Positions 1 to 7,900 of a DNA stretch of 64,000 nt are shown one piece after another. Under the pieces are notes generated by a model. The model had not been told where the DNA came from and made no database searches. It saw only the letters and a program-made list of their open reading frames with translations. A program made the translations under genes and the position numbers. Position 1 is the first letter of the stretch, and every line of letters begins with the position of its first letter. This DNA comes from Schmidtea nova (lineage: Eukaryota), in assembly GCA_044892505.1 (NCBI GenBank), contig CM097884.1, positions 160,766,001 through 160,830,000 of the forward strand, written 5' to 3'.

Positions 1-173
1 CAAGCATACATTTGGCTACTGATATGACGCTCAAGATAAAAGTCAATGTCATCATCAGTGAACCAGGCCTTTGGATCACGCACGGAATTTAAATTATTTA
101 CAGTTTTATTACTTGTGCTGTCTGCATCAGTCTCTTTTGAGATTGGGGCAGATATTAACACTGATGCAGGCAC
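1..173 (-). CDS. ORF2 N-terminal fragment of E0 (start of Ulp1-like protease domain), continues off window
   Basis: Matches the first ~57 codons of ORF2 in the other copies (VPASVLISAP...WFTDDDIDFYL...QMYAC). Confidence 0.88.
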   Translation of the reverse strand, partial: MPASVLISAPISKETDADSTSNKTVNNLNSVRDPKAWFTDDDIDFYLERHISSQMYA

Positions 174-179
174 ACACCT

Positions 180-2939
180 TCATTTATTTTTTTGTGTTAC
201 GCGCTTCGGTCTTTTAATAGTTTTGCGATGAATATTAATTATTTCCTCATTTGACGTAGCTGGACCTAAATCAATGTCAGTGGGAAGCAAGCGCTTAAGA
301 CTTTCTCTGTCTTTGTCTGATGTCAATAGAATGTTATCATCTATGTTAGGGGAAGGAGATATTTCTACAGATTCTTCATTAGAATCAACGACATTCTCAA
401 CAGTTTTCACACTATCAATTGTTGTATCGACATTTTCAGCAATCGTCTCAGAATTTACATGTGGTAAAACATATTCAAGTAGTCTCGAGATGTGTACGCT
501 CATACTAGGTGAACAAATTTTCCTACAATATTGAGGAACACGGAAACGTCTGTTGCCATTTAAGAAATATCTCTTATCTCTTACTACAAAAAACACGAGT
601 CTCTTTGCTCTTAAAATCTCATCATCAGTTAGTTCAGATTCAAAATCATTGATCTTACTAGATATTATATTAAGCGCCTTGATTTGATCCGACTTATTTG
701 GAAGAGACTTATCTACAAACTCTAAGAAAGCATTTAACTCAGAAATAGTTTTGGGAGAGATTATGTTATGGATCTTGTCAATCTCTTGAGACAAATTAAC
801 CTGCTTTAGTTTCAGAAGTCTTTCCTGACAACTAGTTTTATAATAAGAACTACTGAGATTCTCGATCATTTCTGGGCCCCATATCTCAATCGTGTCAATG
901 TCCAATGAGTACGAGTTTTCAATATCTGTTATGGAATGCATTAAAAAGCAATTCCTAAGATAGTTTTGAACGTATATATCAAAACTCGGCTTAATAATTA
1001 ATTTTAGGGAATCCCTTAATTTTAAATAATTTAGGTAAAAAATTATGTCAACCAGTTTTTGAGATGAAGTTGGTTGATCAAGAAGAGAACTAAACACATT
1101 GTCATCCTCTGACATCTGAACAAAGTTCAGTAGCCCTAAATTAAATATGATATCGGAGGCACCATCTTCGTGCACAGCGACTGAATTTTCACTATAAATT
1201 TTAATAAATTTGCCCCCTGTAAATGAAATCTGTTCAGGGAATTTATTTTCAGATTTTAATTTTTCTATTAAATTATTTAATGCGTGAGGATTAGCATATG
1301 TGTTTTCAATAAAACACAATTCCTCAATTTCTGGGTGTGATTTAAATAAATTTTGTAATTGCAACCTTGACAATTCAGATGCAGTTTGAGTTGAGAAAAT
1401 TTCATCTGAATCGCAAGTGCTAAGAATATCGAGCATTACAAAATCTCCGTCTAGATATTTAATCTGTGATTTTATTAAAAAGTCAGGGAGCTCTTTTCGC
1501 TGTTTTAATTCGCGAAGAATATTATTAATTTGTATTTCCCTGGACTTTAAATTACTAATAGACACAGTGCCGGCCAGTTTCGACGAAAGGGAACAAAGAA
1601 AACGCTTAATAATTGAAGAAGCCGGGACAAATTTTGTATTTGTATTGTTGGCCTTCAAAATGTTTGATCCAATCAAAAACGTCTTTGTAGAGGATTTTAA
1701 AATATTATTATTTAAAGGGACAACTTTATCAGGCACCAAATTCTGAAAAACACAGATATTATGATTTCTATAAAAGAAACCTTCAAACCCAGCGATGCTT
1801 AGTGGATTTTCCTCTTTTATAATAATTAAAAGGTCATTGTTAATTAAATCAAATTTGTTGCTTGATTCTTTTAATTTCAAAAGTTTGTGAAATTTGGGAA
1901 ATAATCTAAGAAAAGAATTTTTCTCCTTTTTTGTTAATATACGCGGTAAAATATTTTCAAAAATTTCTTTTTTTAATTTAAGATGAGAATTTTTATTTTT
2001 ATTATTATTTCTGAAATTAGAATTTGATTTCATTTTCAAACTTTCCAATTTGAAATTTCGTTTATTTTGAAAGTTCTTATCAGTATTAAAATTATTTTTA
2101 GATTTAATTTCCTGATCATTTGATTTTAAATTAGAAATGTTATTTGCAGTTGAAATTTCGAAATTTTCAAAATTTCGATTGTTTAAATTATCCAATTTAA
2201 TCGCAGGTAAATTAATATTTTCAAAAACAGGTTTAATAATTTTCTTTTTATTTTCATTATTATTATTAATAGTTATATTATAATTTTCCAGCCAATTTCC
2301 ATCGATTGCATAGCTTTCAGGAGTAGATCCATCATCTAGTAGAAGGATCTTTTCAAAATTATTATTTTTATTAAAAAATAAATTTTTGTTATTTAGATTT
2401 TTGTTATTTAAAGTACTTTTTACATTATTATTATTATCTTTATAATCACTTAAATTTTGACTATTCGGCTTTTCTAGTTGAATTGTTCGTTCGTTTTTAG
2501 TCTGTGTAGAATTATTTCTGTAAATTGTCGACTTATTTAATAAAATTTTATGACATGAATAGCAAAGATTGCCTGCACTTTTGTCATTTTTATTTACATT
2601 CAAAGAGTTGTCATACAATTCGCTATTTTTATCTAAATTAGGAATTATTCTAAAATTTTCAATATTAGATTTACAATTAAAAGTAGATAAATTAGCATAT
2701 AAATTACCACGACCAAAACCGGACACACCATTGTCAGAATTACCATTGTGAAAATTACAATTATAATTTAAATTATCATTTAGATTTTTCGAACCAAAAT
2801 TAGATATAGGTTTATTTACAAAATCTTGGTTCGAAACTTCCAAAAATTTAACAATATAATCTAACTTACAGTTATTAGAATAAATCATCCTTTCAAGCTC
2901 TGACAAATTCGCCCCAAATGGCACAAAATTATCCTGCAT
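180..2939 (-). CDS. Retrotransposon ORF1 (919 aa; 15-bp NNKNL duplication allele)
   Basis: True ATG start, long open frame conserved in 7 copies, directly upstream of and in frame with the RT ORF. Confidence 0.9.
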   Translation of the reverse strand: MQDNFVPFGANLSELERMIYSNNCKLDYIVKFLEVSNQDFVNKPISNFGSKNLNDNLNYNCNFHNGNSDNGVSGFGRGNLYANLSTFNCKSNIENFRIIPNLDKNSELYDNSLNVNKNDKSAGNLCYSCHKILLNKSTIYRNNSTQTKNERTIQLEKPNSQNLSDYKDNNNNVKSTLNNKNLNNKNLFFNKNNNFEKILLLDDGSTPESYAIDGNWLENYNITINNNNENKKKIIKPVFENINLPAIKLDNLNNRNFENFEISTANNISNLKSNDQEIKSKNNFNTDKNFQNKRNFKLESLKMKSNSNFRNNNKNKNSHLKLKKEIFENILPRILTKKEKNSFLRLFPKFHKLLKLKESSNKFDLINNDLLIIIKEENPLSIAGFEGFFYRNHNICVFQNLVPDKVVPLNNNILKSSTKTFLIGSNILKANNTNTKFVPASSIIKRFLCSLSSKLAGTVSISNLKSREIQINNILRELKQRKELPDFLIKSQIKYLDGDFVMLDILSTCDSDEIFSTQTASELSRLQLQNLFKSHPEIEELCFIENTYANPHALNNLIEKLKSENKFPEQISFTGGKFIKIYSENSVAVHEDGASDIIFNLGLLNFVQMSEDDNVFSSLLDQPTSSQKLVDIIFYLNYLKLRDSLKLIIKPSFDIYVQNYLRNCFLMHSITDIENSYSLDIDTIEIWGPEMIENLSSSYYKTSCQERLLKLKQVNLSQEIDKIHNIISPKTISELNAFLEFVDKSLPNKSDQIKALNIISSKINDFESELTDDEILRAKRLVFFVVRDKRYFLNGNRRFRVPQYCRKICSPSMSVHISRLLEYVLPHVNSETIAENVDTTIDSVKTVENVVDSNEESVEISPSPNIDDNILLTSDKDRESLKRLLPTDIDLGPATSNEEIINIHRKTIKRPKRVTQKNK

Positions 2940-3294
2940 TAATATTTTAAAAAATTTATTAACCTTTTCAATATCTTTCTTATAAATTTATTATAATGAG
3001 TTATTTAAACAAATTTATATTAAAGGTTTTCAAATTTCGAAATTTACTTTTCCTCGACAAAATCAAACAACGCATGGCAAATGTTTGCCATTTTCAATCA
3101 AATGACAATCTCTTTCACAAATCTCATAGAATTTTGATTTTGTAAAATTATTAATAATTTTTTTTCAAATAATGGTAACGACCTTGGAACGTTTATATTA
3201 ATCCAATTTGTTGAATTTGATTTTGAGTAGAGCAAATTAGTTTCGACAAATTTACAACGTTTACAATCTTATCATGATGAAAGTGAAAAAAATA

Positions 3295-3365
3295 TTCCCT
3301 GACCGGGAGTCGAACCCGGGCCACCTGGGTGAGAGCCAGGAATCCTAACCGCTAGACCATCAGGA
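3295..3365 (-). tRNA. tRNA-Glu(CTC) variant with 1-bp deletion at the 5' acceptor stem (TCC vs TCCC)
   Basis: + strand reads accatcaggatcg instead of accatcagggatcg; real defect or homopolymer error. Confidence 0.7.
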
Positions 3366-3660
3366 TCGATATATGTTTCCAATCTCTAGTTAAAGGTTTT
3401 CGAATTTCGAAATTTACTTTTCCTCGACAAAATCAAACAACGCATGGCAAATGTTTGCCATTTTCAATCAAATGACAATCTCTTTCACAATTCTCATAGA
3501 ATTTTGATTTTGTAAAATTATTAATAATTTTTTTTCAAATAATGGTAACGACCTTGGAACGTTTATATTAATCCAATTTGTTGAATTTGATTTTGAGTAG
3601 AGCAAATTAGTTTCGACAAATTTACAACGTTTACAATCTTATCATGATGATAAGAAAGTG

Positions 3661-3667
3661 AAAAAAA
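3661..3667 (-). terminator. Pol III terminator (T7) 2 nt after the tRNA 3' end; a T7 or T9 run follows every tRNA copy (representative)
   Basis: Minus strand GGGAA-TA-TTTTTTT. Confidence 0.85.
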
Positions 3668-3669
3668 TA

Positions 3670-3741
3670 TTCCCTGACCGGGAGTCGAACCCGGGCCACC
3701 TGGGTGAGAGCCAGGAATCCTAACCGCTAGACCATCAGGGA
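3670..3741 (-). tRNA. tRNA-Glu (anticodon CTC)
   Basis: TCCCTGATGGTCTAGCGGTTAGGATTCCTGGCTCTCACCCAGGTGGCCCGGGTTCGACTCCCGGTCAGGGAA: 7-bp acceptor stem, anticodon stem CCTGG/CCAGG, GTTCGA T-loop, 72 nt, no intron, no encoded CCA. Confidence 0.97.
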
Positions 3742-4037
3742 TCGATATATGTTTCCAATCTCTAGTTAAAGGTTTTCGAATTTCGAAATTTACTTTTCCT
3801 CGACAAAATCAAACAACGCATGGCAAATGTTTGCCATTTTCAATCAAATGACAATCTCTTTCACAATTCTCATAGAATTTTGATTTTGTAAAATTATTAA
3901 TAATTTTTTTTCAAATAATGGTAACGACCTTGGAACGTTTATATTAATCCAATTTGTTGAATTTGATTTTGAGTAGAGCAAATTTGTTTCGACAAATTTA
4001 CAACGTTTACAATCTTATCATGAAAGTGAAAAAAATA

Positions 4038-4109
4038 TTCCCTGACCGGGAGTCGAACCCGGGCCACCTGGGTGAGAGCCAGGAATCCTAACCGCTAGAC
4101 CATCAGGGA
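4038..4109 (-). tRNA. tRNA-Glu(CTC)
   Basis: Same 72-nt sequence. Confidence 0.96.
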
Positions 4110-4413
4110 TCGATATATGTTTCCAATCTCTAGTTAAAGGTTTTCGAATTTCGAAATTTACTTTTCCTCGACAAAATCAAACAACGCATGGCAAATGTTT
4201 GCCATTTTCAATCAAATGACAATCTCTTTTACAAATCTCATAGAATTTTGATTTTGTAAAATTATTAATAATTTTTTTTCAAATATTGGTAACGACCTTG
4301 GAACGTTTATATTAATCCAATTTGTTGAATTTGATTTTGAGTAGAGCAAATTAGTTTCGACAAATTTACAACGTTTACAATCTTATCATGATGATAAGAA
4401 AGTGAAAAAAATA

Positions 4414-4466
4414 TTCCCTGACCGGGAGTCGAACCCGGGCCACCTGGGTGAGAGCCAGGAATCCTA
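4414..4466 (-). pseudogene. tRNA-Glu target remnant (nt 20-72) at the 3' junction of E1
   Basis: + strand ...ccaggaatccta|gtaaacg replaces ...ccaggaatccta|accgctagaccatcaggga. Confidence 0.95.
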
Positions 4467-4997
4467 GTAAACGTTTATTAATTATAATAAATTTTTCAAA
4501 TTTACAATGGGACAATGCTCTACATGGAGCATGCCTTTCATGAAAGATACAGCAAATAAAGAGACAGAATTTCAATGATAGTTAAAATCAAATGTGAGAA
4601 AATAAGGTCTCAATAAATGTTGCTTTTCATAAATGTTCCCTGGCGATGATTTGAAATATTTCATCGGACTGTTTTTCCGGCTTTGCGACATCCTTCAGCC
4701 TATCTTTTCATGTCATGATCACAGTCTTTTTGTTTTCTGAGGAATCCGCAGCAATAAAACTTCTTCACGAGTCAAGGTGTCTAGAGACATTGAGTTTACA
4801 GACGCTAGAATTGGTTCTACTAAATAAATATACAAATATACATATATACATATATAAATCCTCGGACTCGGGCGGAAATAAATCTAAAATAAATTTTATC
4901 TACAAATTAAAAAAAAAGGTTTATACTATATACATTAAAATGGCAATTCTCCGCACAACGAGTGTCTGCATTTTGATCGTGGCATTCATTACAAATC

Positions 4998-7900
4998 TCA
5001 CAAGTCTCTAAGATAACCAGTCGTATGAAAATGCCACCTATTGGCTGAGTGTTTGATATTACTTATCGCACACTGTTTCAAAAGAGGATCGATTTTCTTC
5101 AAAGGTATTCCAACCTTTAAAAGAACATCGAAAGTCAAAGGTGGAATTGATCCTAGAGAACCAATGATACAAGTGAGTAGTTCTACCTTGTAATCAGGTT
5201 TCGCGATTTGAATTGCCTTTCTTAACGATTCGTATTTTAACAGGTTTTCTTTATTTACCTGCTCAAAACTCGAAAGACAATCAATCGGACATTTCATGTC
5301 TACCATGAGAATTCTTTTCCTATTTACGTCGGTGATGATGAGGTCAACTCGCTCTTTAGAGTATGGAACCAACGAACAAGTTTGATCGATAACGACAATA
5401 AGATTCGGATCTGTCAGTTGATCTGTTATCAATTTCAAGCAATCATTGTGTCTTTTTGTTGCAAGTGTTTGATGAACTTTACATGATTGCAAAACATGTG
5501 CCATTGTTTCCTCCTCAGAGTGGCAGCGACGACAAAGTCTTTCTTTTACATTTCGATAAGGTTTAGCTAGAAATGACAATGTATTCGTGCGAGCACGATG
5601 GATGAAATTCCAAGAGAATTCTGACAGATCACTTCGAAAGATTGCTTTATTGATCTTAGGCGAAAGAGTGATTGCTGATGCGATCAAATTACTTTTATTA
5701 CTACTTTGCCATTTGGAAAGATAAGAATCAAAAAGCGTATCATGCAAGATCTTAGAAATAGAATTCCGAAAATCGGGAGTTGCGATCAATGTACCTCGCT
5801 CTTTTGTTGTAATATGAAGCACAGGTTCATTATTTAGGGTTTGAAAGGATATTCTAATGGCATGAATTTTATTCAGGAATTCTACAGATGTTCGCGCTCT
5901 CCGAAAACGTGTTTTCTTTCCATGATGGATGCGCTTGCATTCAATGCCATTTAACCAATCAAAGCTATCCTGAAGAGTTGGATGCTGAATTCCAAGTCGA
6001 GAACTAGTGACAAATTTCAAAGAGTCTGTATTGATCTTTTTTGCATAATTGCAAATGGAAGTAAAAAGTCGAAAAAAGTGCACTATGGTTTGGACATGAT
6101 ATTCGTCAAGCAGGTCAACACAAGAAGCTCCACCATTTTCCGTGGAGTTGTAAAAATATGAAATCTCTGAATTTTCAGGAAGATTCATCATTTTTCTCAA
6201 ATGACTTCTTAATTTACTTGTGTTGTTACCAGTGACATTGCTATTTCCATAAGGGATTGCCAAAGTACTTGTTTTTATTTCCCTCGTTCTAAAAGGAAAG
6301 ATGAGGCGTGAATGTAGAAAAATCTTGTAAGCTTTGAGTTTTTGCCAGCCTAACAAGTCAGAGTTTGCAAGTTTTTTGGCGTCAGATATTACCTTATTTA
6401 GGATATCATAAGGGCTTTGATCAATATCTTCTCCAACTGGGACACCAAGATACTGATAGAACTCGCGAGATAGCAATTTCTTGATTTTGATATTTTCAAT
6501 AGAAATTTCACTATCTATGTGGACCTTAGGAAGTTGAATGTATCCACATTTATCTGGTCGATATACAAAACCTATTTGTGCAGCAGTGTCAACAGCTATA
6601 TCAGTGATTCGTTGCAAGTCACTGACATTTTTTGATATTAAAGCAATGTCGTCTGCGTATGCAAGAATTTGTAACGGAGATGTGCCAATCATGAATGGTT
6701 CTACTGTCGATCGGCTGACAGCTTCAAGTACCGGATTAATCGCAATGGCGAATAAAATCATTGAAATTGGGCATCCTTGTTTCACCCCTTGTCTAATAGC
6801 TATGTTTGAAGTGAGAACTGGTCCGCAACTGTACATAGAAGATGTGTCGGAATAAAGTAGTTGCAATATCGTAGTGAACTCATCACATACGCCAATATAT
6901 CGAAGGACAGACCACATGTATTCATGAGGGACACTACCAAATGCGTCTTTAATGTCAAGCCATGCAATCGATATTGGACAATCTTTACTATATTTAGAGT
7001 GTTCCAAAGCAGCTGTCAGTATGGAATTGTGTTCAACACAACCATCGTGTTCTGAACCTCCCTTTTGTCCAATGTGTAGAATGTTGTTCAAATCTACCCA
7101 AGTAGTAAGACGTCTAGCCAGTATCGAAGCAAAAACCTTATAAATCACTGACAATAAGGCAATCGGCCTCCAAGATGACACATTGTCGTATTTGTCATTC
7201 TTGTCAGGTTTCGGAATCAAAAGAGTCCTGAAAGATTTCCAATCATTTGGAACGATTTTATCGGTTATTATTCGGTTAAAAAGAAATGCAAGGAGATCCC
7301 CATCGGGATCCAAAAGACGCAAATCTCTATATTGAATACCATCAGAACCAGGAGATGTGTTGTCAGCTTTTTTAAGCTCAAACAATACCTCGACTGGCAA
7401 TATTCGATCGAGTTTCAAAGGCTTTTGTGATTTTTTACAGAATTGAAGGACAGAATTCCAGCATTTGGATATAGGTAATGCGTGACTATAATATTTAATA
7501 ATGTCTTCAATTGAAGGCCTTACATTTATTTTAAAATTATCAATGATTTTACTGACGGCTCTTTTCATTTCCGTCATAAATAGAGAAATAATTTGAGTTT
7601 TATTTAATTTTGAGTTATCTCTCTTATTTTTCCCTAAATAAAGTTTAAAAGTTGATTTCTTACGATCAGGAAATTCTTTGATAATTATGTCAATGATCTC
7701 ATTGACAGTTGAAAATTTAATTGCTATTAAAAGGTCTTTGATTTTAATTTTGCGTTGAATTAAATTTAATTTAACTAGTTCCTTTTCATTCCCTTTTGGT
7801 ATTATTTTAGTGTTAATTTTATTTGTTTTATTGGCAACTGGAACTAAGGAACTAATAACATTTCCAATATCGCGCAGGTTGATGTTTTCAAGGGATATGT

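Larger units (their letters stand above)
1..3019 (-). mobile_element. Site-specific RLE-type non-LTR retrotransposon copy E0 (5' part only; cut by window start)
   Basis: ORF1 180..2939 plus the start of the ORF2 frame 1..179; 5' junction to the tRNA spacer at 3019/3020 is the same as in all other copies. Confidence 0.93.
3020..4466 (-). repeat. tRNA-Glu array segment: 3 full copies + 1 truncated target copy
   Basis: 368-376 bp units matching the terminal array. Confidence 0.95.

Noticed and set aside
2940-3130. HDV-like ribozyme at the 5' end, as in R2
   Set aside because: No P1/P3/L3 pattern found by eye on the sense strand; region is very AT-rich. An RNAmotif/Infernal search would be decisive
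3020-4466. Element expression by Pol III read-through from the upstream tRNA
   Set aside because: T7/T9 terminators follow each tRNA and the element contains many T runs
4375-4575. 66-89 aa minus-strand ORFs (MKFCLF...ARVRLPVREYFF) at each 3' junction
   Set aside because: They read from the 3'UTR through the tRNA remnant; chance frames across a junction
4736-4760. Hammerhead core CTGAGGA in the 3'UTR
   Set aside because: On the antisense strand, with no stem II or GAAA at the required spacing
4989-5000. Reassigned genetic code (UGA sense), since both ORFs end in TGA and ORF2 has a TAA three codons later
   Set aside because: No other in-frame TGA in ~2440 codons while Trp and Cys use standard codons; local readthrough is the simpler explanation
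4715-5011. 98-aa plus-strand ORF (MITVFLF...) in each 3'UTR
   Set aside because: Antisense; frameshifted in E5 and start lost in E6, so not conserved
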